A stretch of DNA of 64,000 bases, from the NCBI GenBank assembly GCA_016716905.1, contig JADJUS010000004.1:326249-390248 (forward strand). Direction: 5' to 3'. The number at the start of each line of letters is the position of its first letter. Positions within the stretch are counted from its first letter, which is position 1. The stretch comes from Acidobacteriota bacterium. GTDB lineage: Bacteria; Acidobacteriota; Vicinamibacteria; Vicinamibacterales; SCN-69-37. Both the position numbers and the translations under genes were made by a program. A model generated the notes under the pieces. It had not been told where the DNA came from. It searched no databases and worked only from the letters and a program-made list of their open reading frames with translations. Of this stretch, positions 46,619 to 56,498 are shown piece by piece.

Positions 46619-47577
46619 TGAGCGTGATGCTGAGGGACGCCACGCGGGAGTTCCTGCAGTTCCTGAAGTTCAACAGGAACGCCTCGCCGCATACGGTGCG
46701 CGCCTACGAGACCGACCTGACCCAGTTTCTCGATTTCCTCAGCGCACGCGACGCGACCAAGCCCAGCAAGGTGCCGGTGACCGCGCTTGACGCCGACGGG
46801 GTGCGCGGGTTCCTCGAATCGCTGCACGATCGCGGCAACAGCCGCGCCTCTGCCGCCCGGCGCCTGGCTGCCTTGCGCACGTTCGCGCGGTACCTGGTGC
46901 GCGAGGGCCGGCTGGCCGACGACCCGACACAGATGGTTGGGGCACCGCGCAAGGAGCAGACCCTGCCCCAACATCTCGACCTGGCGCAGGTGGACAGCGT
47001 GATCGGCACACCCGATCTGGACCGCGCCGCAGGACGGCGAGACCGCGCGATCCTCGAGTTGTTCTACGCGTCCGGTCTGCGGCTCAGTGAGCTGGTGGGG
47101 CTCGATATCGAAGACGTGAATCTCCCCGGTCGCGTGGTCAGGGTACGGGGCAAGGGCGGCAAGGAACGGCTGGTACCGTTTAACCACTCCACAGCCGACG
47201 CGCTCAAAGTGATGCTGCAGGACGCCCGCGCGCTGAAGCCCGAAACGACCTCGCGGCGATCGCGTGGCTCGGGTCCCCACGCGCGGACGCGCCATGCGAT
47301 GTTCCTCAACCTGCGTGGCGGGCGGCTCACCACGCGCAGCGTGGATCGCATTGTGCGTCAGGCGGCGCGGGCGGCGGCAGTACCTGGCGGGCTGAGTCCG
47401 CACGCACTGCGGCACACGTTTGCCACGCACCTGTTGCAGGCCGGAGCCGACCTGAGGGCGATTCAGGAGTTACTGGGTCACGAGCGCCTCAGCACGACGC
47501 AACGGTACACACATCTCGACATCGGCCGGCTGATGGAGGTGTACCGCGCGTCACACCCGCGCGCACGCAAGTCCTGA
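46615..47577 (+). CDS. xerC: Tyrosine site-specific recombinase XerC/XerD family
   Basis: N-terminal SAM-like domain (ASPHTVRAYETDL). Catalytic ELFYASGLRLSEL, HALRHTFATHLL, LLGHERLSTTQRYTH. Confidence 0.9.
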   Translation: MMSVMLRDATREFLQFLKFNRNASPHTVRAYETDLTQFLDFLSARDATKPSKVPVTALDADGVRGFLESLHDRGNSRASAARRLAALRTFARYLVREGRLADDPTQMVGAPRKEQTLPQHLDLAQVDSVIGTPDLDRAAGRRDRAILELFYASGLRLSELVGLDIEDVNLPGRVVRVRGKGGKERLVPFNHSTADALKVMLQDARALKPETTSRRSRGSGPHARTRHAMFLNLRGGRLTTRSVDRIVRQAARAAAVPGGLSPHALRHTFATHLLQAGADLRAIQELLGHERLSTTQRYTHLDIGRLMEVYRASHPRARKS

Positions 47578-48978
47578 CTACACTTCTTCCAGGGCCGTCA
47601 AGTGCCGACGGGATCGGGGAATCTCGATGTTCAGGATTTTGATCTTGTAGTTCATGACCCGCGGACTGATATCGAGCAGGTCCGCCGCATCCTTCTGGAT
47701 CCAGTTCGACATCTTGAGCGCCTCGACCACGGCCTGGCGTTCAATTTCCTCGAGACGGATCCCGGTCGCCGGGATGTTGACCACAAGCGATTGCCCGCGC
47801 GATGTGGTCACCGCCTGATCGCCAATCTGCAAATCGCTCAGCGTCACCGTACTGCCATCGGTGAGCAGGACGGCCCGCTCCACCACATTCTCCAGTTCCC
47901 GAATGTTGCCGGGCCAGTGATGCCGCTGCAGCACCTTCATCGCGTCAGACGCCACGCTGTCGACCTTCTTCTTCAACTCCGCCGAGAAGCGGCGCACGAA
48001 GAACTCGACGAGCGCAGGAATGTCGTCCTTGCGGTCGCGCAGGGGAGGCATGTCCACCGACACCACGTTCAGGCGATAGAACAAGTCTTCGCGGAATCGC
48101 CCGTCCTGCACCATCTGCGACAGGTTTCGGTTGGTGGCCGTGATGATGCGCACATCGACGCCCACCGTGCGTGTGCCGCCCAGCCGTTCGAACTCATGCT
48201 CCTGCAACACGCGCAGGATCTTCGCCTGCGTGCTGGGACTCATGTCGCCGATTTCATCCAGGAACAACGTGCCACCGTCTGCCTGTTCGAACCGGCCAAT
48301 CCGCTGCTTGTCGGCGCTCGTGAACGCGCCCTTTTCGTGACCAAACAGTTCCGACTCGAGCAGGTTCTCCTGCAGGGCTGCGCAGTTGACCTTTACGAAC
48401 GCCTTGCTGGCCCGCAGCGAGTTGTGGTGAATGGCGCCGGCAATCAACTCCTTGCCCGTGCCCGTTTCGCCGCGGATGAGCACCGTGGAATTGCTCCGCG
48501 CCACTTTCGAGACGATGCTGAGCACGTGCTGGAGGGCGCCACTGGCGCCCACGATCTTGTCGAAGTTGTAGAAATCCTGCTGGGCATGCCGCAGGTATTC
48601 CACCTGATGTTTGAGATGCCGGAGCTCGATCGCTTTTTCGATCTTCAGCTCCATCTCCTCGATCTCGAATGGCTTCTGCACAAAATCCACGGCGCCGATC
48701 TTCATCGCCTCAACGGCGGTATGGATCGATCCGAAAGCCGTCATCAGGATGACCGCGGCATTGGGCTGGAGCGACCGTGCGGTCCGCAGCACGTCCATGC
48801 CGTCGGCGCCGCCCATCCGCAGGTCCGTCAGCACCACATCGTACTGGCTGGCCTGCAGCCGCTCGATGGCGCCGGTTCCGTTCGGCGCGTCCTCGACCTC
48901 GTGGCCAGCGCTGGTTAACGCTTTGACAAGGCCCTTGCGAAGCGAATCGTGATCATCAACGACGAGAATGCGTCCCAT
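47578..48978 (-). CDS. Sigma-54-dependent response regulator (NtrC family)
   Basis: Receiver (ILVVDDHDS...TDLRMGG), AAA+ core GETGTGKE / GAFTSA / GNIRELEN, and C-terminal HTH. Confidence 0.92.
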   Translation of the reverse strand: MGRILVVDDHDSLRKGLVKALTSAGHEVEDAPNGTGAIERLQASQYDVVLTDLRMGGADGMDVLRTARSLQPNAAVILMTAFGSIHTAVEAMKIGAVDFVQKPFEIEEMELKIEKAIELRHLKHQVEYLRHAQQDFYNFDKIVGASGALQHVLSIVSKVARSNSTVLIRGETGTGKELIAGAIHHNSLRASKAFVKVNCAALQENLLESELFGHEKGAFTSADKQRIGRFEQADGGTLFLDEIGDMSPSTQAKILRVLQEHEFERLGGTRTVGVDVRIITATNRNLSQMVQDGRFREDLFYRLNVVSVDMPPLRDRKDDIPALVEFFVRRFSAELKKKVDSVASDAMKVLQRHHWPGNIRELENVVERAVLLTDGSTVTLSDLQIGDQAVTTSRGQSLVVNIPATGIRLEEIERQAVVEALKMSNWIQKDAADLLDISPRVMNYKIKILNIEIPRSRRHLTALEEV

Positions 48979-50224
48979 AAATACTCTTCTGCAGGAAGGG
49001 GCCGGCCTTTACCACCGGCAACGTGACCCGAAAGGTGGTGCCGCGGCCGGGTGCGGATGCGGCTTCGATAATTCCGTCGTGGGCGTCCACGACTTTTCGC
49101 ACAATCGACAGACCGAGGCCGGTGCCCTTGGGTTTGGTCGTGAAAAACGGGCTGAAAATTCGTTCGAGGTCGCCTTCGGATATCCCAATGCCCTGGTCGC
49201 GGACTTCGATGGTCACTTGCGCGGGCATCGGTTGTCCGGCACTCGCCAACTCGGCGTCTTCCGCCACGTGGGACACCCGCACGTACACCGTTCCTTCCGG
49301 CTCCATCGCCTCAATCGCGTTGGTGATCAGGTTGGTCAGGAGCTGCCGCAACTGGCTGGCGTCGGCCATCAATTCCGGAACGTCTTTATCGACATCCACC
49401 TGCACCTGCGAGGCGCCCAGTTCGAGGGTGTCGATCGCATCCCGCACGACCTCGCCCACGACCACCGGCTCAACCTGGAGACGGATGGGTCGAACGAATT
49501 CCAGGACCTCCACCACGATGGAATTGGCGAGCTTGGACTCCTTGATGATCTCGCTCAGCGTTTCCATCGCCTCGGGGCGGTCTTTCAGCTGGCGCCGGAG
49601 TGTGCCTGCCATGATTTCAATGCTGGCGAGCGGATTCTTCACCTCGTGCGCGATGGTGGCCGCCATGCCGCCGAGCGTCGCCAGCCGGTCGCGGAGACGC
49701 TGCCGCTCTTCAATCTGCTCCACCCGCGTCAGGTCCTTCACAAACAGCGTCAGCCCGACTTCGGCGCGCGAGTCATCATGAATTTTCGAAATGGTGTAGC
49801 CAATCGCCCGCCCGCTCTTGCGCAGGCGCAGTTCCGCGCGGTTCGGCAGGTCCGACGTTTCGAATGCCGACTGCACGATGCGTACGACTTCGGGGCAGTC
49901 CTGAAGCACCTCAAGGTAGGACCGCCCGAGATCGGTTTGGCGGGGCTGCAGCCCCAGCACGCGATACGCGATGCTGTTCATGGCCGCGATCCGCCCATCC
50001 CGGGTGATGGCCAGCACACCGTTGCGGAGGTTGAACACCAGGTGGCGGAAGAACCGGTCCGGCAGCACGTCTGGCGCCGCAGCCCCGCTTTCGCGCGGGT
50101 CATTCTCCGCCTTGGGCTCCGCCTTGGGCTCCGCCTTGGGCTCCGCCTTGGACCCTGGACTCTGGACCCTGGACCCCGGACTATCCTCGGGTGGCGACGG
50201 ATGTGGCGAGGCAGACAGCAACAT
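48956..50224 (-). CDS. Sensor histidine kinase (PAS-HisKA-HATPase)
   Basis: H-box IAHEVKNPL, N-box LTNLITNAIEA, G-boxes DQGIGI and GTGLGL. N-terminal KAEP x4 low-complexity repeat. Confidence 0.9.
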   Translation of the reverse strand: MLLSASPHPSPPEDSPGSRVQSPGSKAEPKAEPKAEPKAENDPRESGAAAPDVLPDRFFRHLVFNLRNGVLAITRDGRIAAMNSIAYRVLGLQPRQTDLGRSYLEVLQDCPEVVRIVQSAFETSDLPNRAELRLRKSGRAIGYTISKIHDDSRAEVGLTLFVKDLTRVEQIEERQRLRDRLATLGGMAATIAHEVKNPLASIEIMAGTLRRQLKDRPEAMETLSEIIKESKLANSIVVEVLEFVRPIRLQVEPVVVGEVVRDAIDTLELGASQVQVDVDKDVPELMADASQLRQLLTNLITNAIEAMEPEGTVYVRVSHVAEDAELASAGQPMPAQVTIEVRDQGIGISEGDLERIFSPFFTTKPKGTGLGLSIVRKVVDAHDGIIEAASAPGRGTTFRVTLPVVKAGPFLQKSIYGTHSRR

Positions 50225-50385
50225 ATCCAGATATCTGACGTGAGCGTGGGAGCAAGGGGCGTACCGACCATGGCGCCCGGTCCAAACACAGAATTGCGCG
50301 TAAACGCTTGCGCGCTCCAGACTAAACGGGCCGGTTGGCCTGCAAAATTAGCCGAGAATTACAAATTTCGTCAAACCAGGTGTCG

Positions 50386-52368
50386 CTACTCGTCGGGCTG
50401 TTGCAGGGTTTCCCAGCGGTTCATCAGGTCGCCAACCTCCCACATGAGCTGCTTGTGGAGGGCCACGGCGGCTTCGGCCGCCGGCCGGTCGTCGTAGAAG
50501 CCCGGCCCGCTCATTTGGGTCTCGATGTCCCGGATCTTTCCCTCGTGCGCGGCGATACGTTGTTCGAGCTCGTTGACCTTGCCCCGGCGCTCATCATCGG
50601 CCCGGCGGCGCCGCCGGGCATCGGCGTCCGCACGTTTTTTGTGTTCGTAGGACACCGGCGCGGCCACCGGAGCGGGAGCCGCCGGCGCGGTCGGGCTGGC
50701 CTGGGCCTGACGAGCCTTCGACGGAGCAGCGGCCTTGGAGCTGGGGGCGTCAACCGCGGCCTGGCGCTGTTTCTTGCTCCACAGGTATTCCTCGTATGTG
50801 CCCGGATAGACCTCCACCTTTCCGTGGCCGACCGCGATGATCTTCGTTGCCAGACGGTCCACAAAGTAGCGGTCGTGCGACACAAAGATCAGGGTGCCGC
50901 CAAAGGCGGCGAGCGCCTCGAGCAGGACGTCTTTTGAGTCAAGGTCGAGGTGATTGGTCGGTTCGTCGAGCAGCAACGTGTTGGCCGGACGCAGGAGCAT
51001 GCGCGCCACGGCCAGTCGGGTGCGTTCCCCGCCCGACAGGACGCCGGCCTTCTTGTAGATGTCGTCGCCGGCGAACAGAAACCCGCCGAGGAGATTGCGA
51101 ATCATCGGCACCATGTTGATCGGGGCGTCCGATTCCAGCGTCTGGTAGACGGTCTTCACCGGGTCGAGGCGTGTGGCCTCATCCTGGGCGAAGTACTGCT
51201 TCACGACCTGGTGTCCCTCGCGGCAGGAGCCGGAGTCAGGCGCCTCGGCCCCCGACAGCATGCGCATCAGCGTGGACTTGCCCGCGCCGTTTGGCGCGAC
51301 CAGCGCAATGCGATCGCCGCGTTCGATGTGCAGATTGAGGCGATCAAAAACCACCAGGTCGCCGTAAGCCTTGCGCACGTCGGTCAACTCCATCACCATG
51401 CGGCCGCTTTTGGGGCAGCTCGGGAAGGTGAAGTGCACATGCTTCCGCTCGGGTGGGACCTCGATGATCTCGACCTTGTCGAGCATCTTGATCCGGCTCT
51501 GCACCTGGGCCGCCTTGGTGGCCTGGTAGCGGAACCGATCGATGAACGCCTTCATTCGGGCGACCTCATCGTCCTGCTCCTGCTTCGCCTTGCGCAGGCG
51601 GTTCATCCGGGCGTCGTACTCGGTGAGGTAGAACGAATACGTGCCGATGTAATCGGTAATCGTGCGCAGCGACAGGTCAGCGACTTTGGTGACCACTGCG
51701 TCAAGGAAGTACCGGTCGTGCGAGACGAGGATGACCGGATGGGGATAGGCGATCAGGTAGGACTCAAGCCAGTTGCGCGCGTCCAGATCCAAATGGTTCG
51801 TCGGTTCGTCGAGCAGCAGGAGGCCGGGACGGCCCAACAGCAACGTGGCGAGCGCGATGCGCATCTGCCAGCCGCCAGAAAACGTCTCAACAGCCTTGTT
51901 CGCGTCCGAGCGTGCGAAGCCCAGACCATCCAGCACCTGCGTGACTCGGAGGTCGATGCTGTAACCCTCTTCGCGACGGAAAAATTCGCTGAGGTCGTGA
52001 TACCGCTCGAGCAACCGCTCGTGTTCGCCCTCGGGGAGTGTTGGCTCGGCCAGTGCGTGTTCAATGCGCGTCAGTTCCTCGCGCGCGTCGAGCAACGGCC
52101 TGAACGCCTGCGAGACTTCGTCCACCAGAGTCCGACCGGCGTGCGCCAGCCCATCCTGTGGCAGGTAACCGACGGTGAGGCCTGTGGGTCTGACGATGGT
52201 GCCCGAGTCGGGCTCGTCGAGCCCGGCGAGCATCCGCAGGAGCGTGGTTTTGCCCGCGCCATTGGGCCCGCACAGGCCGACGCGATCGCCGTCCGAGACC
52301 TGCCAGGTGACGCGGTCGAGCAGTACACGCTCGCCGAACCGTTTCGTGAGGGCGGAAAGTTGAATCAA
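50386..52368 (-). CDS. ABC-F family ATPase (Uup/YheS/EttA-like translation factor type)
   Basis: Two ABC cassettes (GPNGAGKTT and APNGAGKST, two LSGG signatures), no TM domain. Charged C-terminal coiled region. Confidence 0.9.
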   Translation of the reverse strand: MIQLSALTKRFGERVLLDRVTWQVSDGDRVGLCGPNGAGKTTLLRMLAGLDEPDSGTIVRPTGLTVGYLPQDGLAHAGRTLVDEVSQAFRPLLDAREELTRIEHALAEPTLPEGEHERLLERYHDLSEFFRREEGYSIDLRVTQVLDGLGFARSDANKAVETFSGGWQMRIALATLLLGRPGLLLLDEPTNHLDLDARNWLESYLIAYPHPVILVSHDRYFLDAVVTKVADLSLRTITDYIGTYSFYLTEYDARMNRLRKAKQEQDDEVARMKAFIDRFRYQATKAAQVQSRIKMLDKVEIIEVPPERKHVHFTFPSCPKSGRMVMELTDVRKAYGDLVVFDRLNLHIERGDRIALVAPNGAGKSTLMRMLSGAEAPDSGSCREGHQVVKQYFAQDEATRLDPVKTVYQTLESDAPINMVPMIRNLLGGFLFAGDDIYKKAGVLSGGERTRLAVARMLLRPANTLLLDEPTNHLDLDSKDVLLEALAAFGGTLIFVSHDRYFVDRLATKIIAVGHGKVEVYPGTYEEYLWSKKQRQAAVDAPSSKAAAPSKARQAQASPTAPAAPAPVAAPVSYEHKKRADADARRRRRADDERRGKVNELEQRIAAHEGKIRDIETQMSGPGFYDDRPAAEAAVALHKQLMWEVGDLMNRWETLQQPDE

Positions 52369-52376
52369 ACGAGGCG

Positions 52377-52970
52377 TCAGGCTTCGGCGGCCGGTACCGG
52401 CTCGCCGAGTGCCCGCGCGGTGGCCGCAAGAATGCGGGGCAGGCGGAAGGGCTTGGTGATGTAGCCGGCGACGCCGAGGTTGATGGCCTCGATGGCGGCC
52501 GCTTCAGTGGAATAGCCCGTGATGATGATGACCGGCAGGTCCGGGGCCGTGCGCCGGGCCTCGCGAATCACCGACAGGCCGTCCATCCCGGGCATCTTCA
52601 GGTCGGTGATGAGCAGGTCGTACGCCCGTGCGCGCAACTGCTCAACAGCGGCCGCGCCGTCGATCGCCGAATCCACGTCGTAGTCGGCGCCGGCCAGCGC
52701 TTTGGCCAGCAACTCCCGCACCGAGGGTTCATCATCGACCACGAGCACCCGCGGGCGCTCGTCACCGGTATGGGTCCCGTCGCTGATCTGGGCCATCTCG
52801 CGGCTGACGTCGAGCCATGTGTCGATATCGCTTCGGCGGAACAGCCATTGCCGCCCCACCCTGACGGCCGGGATCTTGCCGGCCTTAATCAGGCGGTAGA
52901 CCGTACGCAGGTTTACCTGCATGTAGTCCAGCACCTGCTCGGTGGTCAGAAATTGGTCGTTGGTCATCAC
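52377..52970 (-). CDS. Response regulator with N-terminal excisionase/MerR-type HTH followed by a receiver domain
   Basis: LTTEQVLDYMQVNLRTVYRLIKAGKIPAVRVGRQWLFRRSDIDTWL, then VLVVDDEP...TDLKMPGMDG...KPF. Confidence 0.8.
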   Translation of the reverse strand: MMTNDQFLTTEQVLDYMQVNLRTVYRLIKAGKIPAVRVGRQWLFRRSDIDTWLDVSREMAQISDGTHTGDERPRVLVVDDEPSVRELLAKALAGADYDVDSAIDGAAAVEQLRARAYDLLITDLKMPGMDGLSVIREARRTAPDLPVIIITGYSTEAAAIEAINLGVAGYITKPFRLPRILAATARALGEPVPAAEA

Positions 52971-53041
52971 CGGAAGCTGCCAAGTGTAACACCTGGCGCA
53001 AGGGGGGCGGGGTACCCCTCCCCAGGACCCGGCGCCGAAGG

Positions 53042-53320
53042 ATGGGGGAAGGCTGGAGGGAGGGTAGCCGGGCCGACCAGGAGATTCCCATTCGAGTGGT
53101 GGCCACGGCCCTGCCCGCCGTGAAGCTCGACCCCGACACCGTCGTGAAGCTCGCCCGGCCTCAATGGGAGTACAGGGAACTACGCATTCCGACCATTCCA
53201 GGCACGACGCCCAACGCCATCGCGGCGCTGGCCAGTGCCGGCGCGGATGGATGGGAAACGACGGGCATCACATTCAGCGCGCCCGGCGCTACTGTGCTGG
53301 TGATGAAGAGAATGAGGTGA
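53042..53320 (+). CDS. DUF4177-like small protein
   Basis: WEYREL...GADGWETTGI...VLVMKR resembles the DUF4177 pattern. The real start is probably internal (for example GTG near 53144). Confidence 0.45.
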   Translation: MGEGWREGSRADQEIPIRVVATALPAVKLDPDTVVKLARPQWEYRELRIPTIPGTTPNAIAALASAGADGWETTGITFSAPGATVLVMKRMR

Positions 53321-53490
53321 AGATCTGGTTTTCATCGCACGAGCGCCGTCGCCTACTTTGTTCGTATTAGTCAAATGACTTTCTCTATAGGTGAATCTTT
53401 GCCTGTCCAAGGCCGTCTGAGCCACTGAGAGGAGCCGATGATGACCATGGGCTCCGGACGAAACTCAGACAGAAAGGGAAAAGACTCATC

Positions 53491-54225
53491 ATGAAGACAG
53501 CTCGAATCAGCGCCGTTTTGTGCGCGCTTACAGTGGCCGCCGCGCCGGCCTTCGCCCAGACCTCAGAGAAGCCCTGGTCGGTGTCATTCGACATCGGGGC
53601 AGAACGCGCGCTCTCCGGCGACCTGCATGGGGGAGCGAACGGCACGGTGCTCGGCCTGCCGACGCAGGTGGCCGCTCGCACCTACGACGACATTTACGGC
53701 ATGGGTTTTCGCTGGACGGCCGGTCTCGGGTATGCCGTCACACCGTCGGGCGAATTGCGCGCGCAGTTCGCCTGGGCGAAGGGCACTGCGGACCGGCTGA
53801 AGGTCGGCACGGTCGCCAACTTCGATCTCCTTGGCCTGTTCGACGACGACAAGTCGATGGAATTTGACCTGGGCTACCGGCAGTACCTCGGCGGGGCCGA
53901 GAGCCGGGTGCGCCCGTACCTCGGCGTCTTCGGCGGCGTGTCACGCGTGGACGCGATCAAAGCCGAATTCACCGTACCGGCCGCCAGCGTCACGCTGCCC
54001 GGCGTGGACATGTATGAAGAGTCCACCGTTCCGGTGTTCGGCGCCAGCGCCGGCCTTCAGGCGAAGCTCACTGATGCGCTGTCGCTACAGGTGGGGGCCG
54101 ACCTTCGCTGGCGCGGGGATCTCTCGCCGAAAGATGGCCTTGCCGGCACGGGCCTCGACGGCATCAACGACAAAAGCCGGCGCTGGTCGCTTCCGGTTTT
54201 CGCGGGCCTGACGGTCCGCTTCTGA
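53491..54225 (+). CDS. Outer-membrane beta-barrel protein (OmpW/porin-like)
   Basis: Signal MKTARISAVLCALTVAAAPAFAQ. Alternating amphipathic strands. C-terminal GLTVRF aromatic terminus. Confidence 0.75.
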   Translation: MKTARISAVLCALTVAAAPAFAQTSEKPWSVSFDIGAERALSGDLHGGANGTVLGLPTQVAARTYDDIYGMGFRWTAGLGYAVTPSGELRAQFAWAKGTADRLKVGTVANFDLLGLFDDDKSMEFDLGYRQYLGGAESRVRPYLGVFGGVSRVDAIKAEFTVPAASVTLPGVDMYEESTVPVFGASAGLQAKLTDALSLQVGADLRWRGDLSPKDGLAGTGLDGINDKSRRWSLPVFAGLTVRF

Positions 54226-54419
54226 CCGTTTCCTCCGATGGCGGTCTGGCGCAGATTCGCGCGCCAGGCCGCCCTGATTAAGCTCCCGGCCATCCCCCGG
54301 CTGCCTACATGGAGCACCAACCGCGAGACTTGCCGGCCGGCCCCTATACTGGGTAGGCCTGTTCCCCCCGTACAGACTCTTGGCCCCTCCGGGTCGTCAG
54401 AATGGGCAAGTGCGGCACG

Positions 54420-55028
54420 ATGACGTCAGATGAAGAACTGGTCGCACGGGCGACCGCCGGAGATCACGACGCGTTCGCCCAGCTGGTCACCCGCTGGGAA
54501 CGGCCGATCTACGCGCTGGCCTACCGCACCCTCCGGCGGGAAGAAGAGGCGCGGGATGTGGTGCAGGACGCGTTCCTGCGGGCCTATCGCGGGCTGAAGG
54601 GGTTCAAGGGCGAGGCCAAGTTCTCGTCGTGGCTGTATCGAATCACCCTGAATCTCTGCCGCGACTGGATGCGCAAGGAACGGCGGGCGCCCGTCGCGCA
54701 GGTCCCCGAGGGCACCGACCCACTGGACCTGGCCGACCAGCAGGCGGCACCGACCGAGTCGGTGGAGGATTTGGTGGCGCGCCGGGAAATGTCGGCGGCC
54801 GTGCAGCTGGCCATGGCCGACCTGCCTGAAGAGCAGCGCACGGCCATCATGCTGAAGGAATACCACGGCCTGACGTTTCAGGAAATTGCCGAGATGCTTG
54901 ATTGTCCCCTGAGCACCGTCAAGACGCGGCTGTATCAGGGATTGTCGGTGCTGCGGCGACGGTTGGAGCGGCAACAGGCCGAGGCCACGCGGGTGCGGCG
55001 CGCGACATGGGAACGAACACTGTTGTGA
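54420..55028 (+). CDS. ECF sigma factor (RpoE-like)
   Basis: Region 2 DVVQDAFLRAYRGL / FSSWLYRITLNLCRDWMR. Region 4 LTFQEIAEMLDCPLSTVKTRLYQG. Confidence 0.9.
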   Translation: MTSDEELVARATAGDHDAFAQLVTRWERPIYALAYRTLRREEEARDVVQDAFLRAYRGLKGFKGEAKFSSWLYRITLNLCRDWMRKERRAPVAQVPEGTDPLDLADQQAAPTESVEDLVARREMSAAVQLAMADLPEEQRTAIMLKEYHGLTFQEIAEMLDCPLSTVKTRLYQGLSVLRRRLERQQAEATRVRRATWERTLL

Positions 55029-55045
55029 AGTTGAGGAATAGATCT

Positions 55046-55747
55046 ATGTGTGATCAGCGTGAACGTGTGTTGGATTACATCTACGACGAGGTGACCGACG
55101 CGAGTCGCCGCGACATGGAACAACATCTGGAATCGTGCGACGACTGCCGCGACGAGCTGCGCGCGTTGCGTAGCGTGAGGACCGACTTGCTCGCGTGGTC
55201 GGTGCCGAATCCTCCGTCCGTGTGGACGCCGTTTGCCCCGGTCCCGGTGGTGCCATGGTTCCGTCAGGTGCCCGCGTGGGCGATGGCGGCCGCGGCGAGT
55301 GTGATGTTTGTCATGGGCGCCGGCGGCGGGTTTGCGGCGTATGCGTTGGGCGCACGCGGTGCGGTGCAGGCGTCGGCTGTGACGCCCTCCGCAGTGGTGG
55401 CCCAGACGCCCGGGCTTGACGCCGAGACCGTGAGCGCGTTGGTGCGGCGCGAACTGGCCAGTGCGCAAGTGACTTCCGAAAAACCGATGGCGGTGCCTGC
55501 GGCGGCGCCGGCGTATCGGTTGGACCCGGCCACCGAGAAGCGGTTTCTGGCTCGTGCGACTGAACTCGTGGGCGCGAGTGAGGAACGGCAGCTGATCCTC
55601 GTGCGGGACTATCTCTATGAAGTGGGGCGGGACGCAGAGCGGCAGCGGCGCGCAGACGGGCAGACGCTGACCGCGCTGAAGGCCCAGGTCGACCAGTTGC
55701 AGGCGGTCCTGAGCCAGCTGGTGCAACAGCAGATGAAGGTGCAGTGA
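55046..55747 (+). CDS. Anti-sigma factor (zf-HC2 type, single-pass membrane)
   Basis: HLESCDDCRDEL zinc motif. TM WAMAAAASVMFVMGAGGGFAAYAL. Lies directly after the ECF sigma gene. Confidence 0.75.
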   Translation: MCDQRERVLDYIYDEVTDASRRDMEQHLESCDDCRDELRALRSVRTDLLAWSVPNPPSVWTPFAPVPVVPWFRQVPAWAMAAAASVMFVMGAGGGFAAYALGARGAVQASAVTPSAVVAQTPGLDAETVSALVRRELASAQVTSEKPMAVPAAAPAYRLDPATEKRFLARATELVGASEERQLILVRDYLYEVGRDAERQRRADGQTLTALKAQVDQLQAVLSQLVQQQMKVQ

Positions 55748-56481
55748 TGAATCGAGTTCATGTTGTCGTGATCGCGGTGGTGTTGGCCTCGGGCCAGGTG
55801 GCGGCAGGGCAGGTGCGGCCCGTCCCCAATGTGTCGCCCGAGGTGCAACTGCAGCAGCGCCGGTTCCAGTTCCAGTTGATGGAGGGCGTGCTTGAAAACG
55901 CCGTGCGCCAGGGCGCCCAGGAAGTGGCGCAGGAAGTGGCCACCCGTGCGCAGGGCGTGATGCCCATCGGCATGCTCTTTTTTGGCCGGGGCAAAGCGCG
56001 CGGATTTCCCCTGGAGCAGTACGGCGTCGTGTTCGACGTGGAGATCCCGGAAATTCGCGAGAGCGCGGTGCTGTTGAACCAGTTTCCCCGGCCGACCGTG
56101 ACACCACAGGCCTCGAACCAGCCGGTGCGGAACACCGGAGCCGCCACGACACGCGCCGCCGGAGTGGTGGCGGATGACCCGATGGTGCGGTCGTCGGTGG
56201 CCGTCGATCCGTTCCTGGCTGATCCGAACCAGTTCTATCGCGACGTCATCAAGGCCAAGCTGATTGACGCCATGCTGGACTATTCGAAGTCACTGGAAAT
56301 CCCGGAGAACGAGTCGCTGTCGGTGGTGGCACGCGGCGAGGAAGATCCGATTCCGACCAGTCTCTACGACGACTCCCGCGCGCTGATCCTGAAAATCAGA
56401 GGATCCGACCTGGCGTTGTTCTATAGCGGAAAAATCACGCGCGAGGAGGCCCGGAAGCGGGTCGTTGAAACGCAATTCTGA
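55744..56481 (+). CDS. Hypothetical secreted protein (sigma/anti-sigma operon member)
   Basis: Start overlaps the upstream stop. N-terminal signal VVVIAVVLASGQVAAGQ. No known motif. Confidence 0.5.
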   Translation: MMNRVHVVVIAVVLASGQVAAGQVRPVPNVSPEVQLQQRRFQFQLMEGVLENAVRQGAQEVAQEVATRAQGVMPIGMLFFGRGKARGFPLEQYGVVFDVEIPEIRESAVLLNQFPRPTVTPQASNQPVRNTGAATTRAAGVVADDPMVRSSVAVDPFLADPNQFYRDVIKAKLIDAMLDYSKSLEIPENESLSVVARGEEDPIPTSLYDDSRALILKIRGSDLALFYSGKITREEARKRVVETQF

Positions 56482-56498
56482 TCTACAATCGGCGGGCA

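Noticed and set aside
46615-47577. The tyrosine recombinase as a marker of a prophage or integrative element.
   Set aside because: It sits in the conserved dprA-topA-trmFO-xerC housekeeping context. There are no phage or transposon genes, att-like repeats or tRNA nearby. It fits the chromosome dimer resolution XerC/D type.
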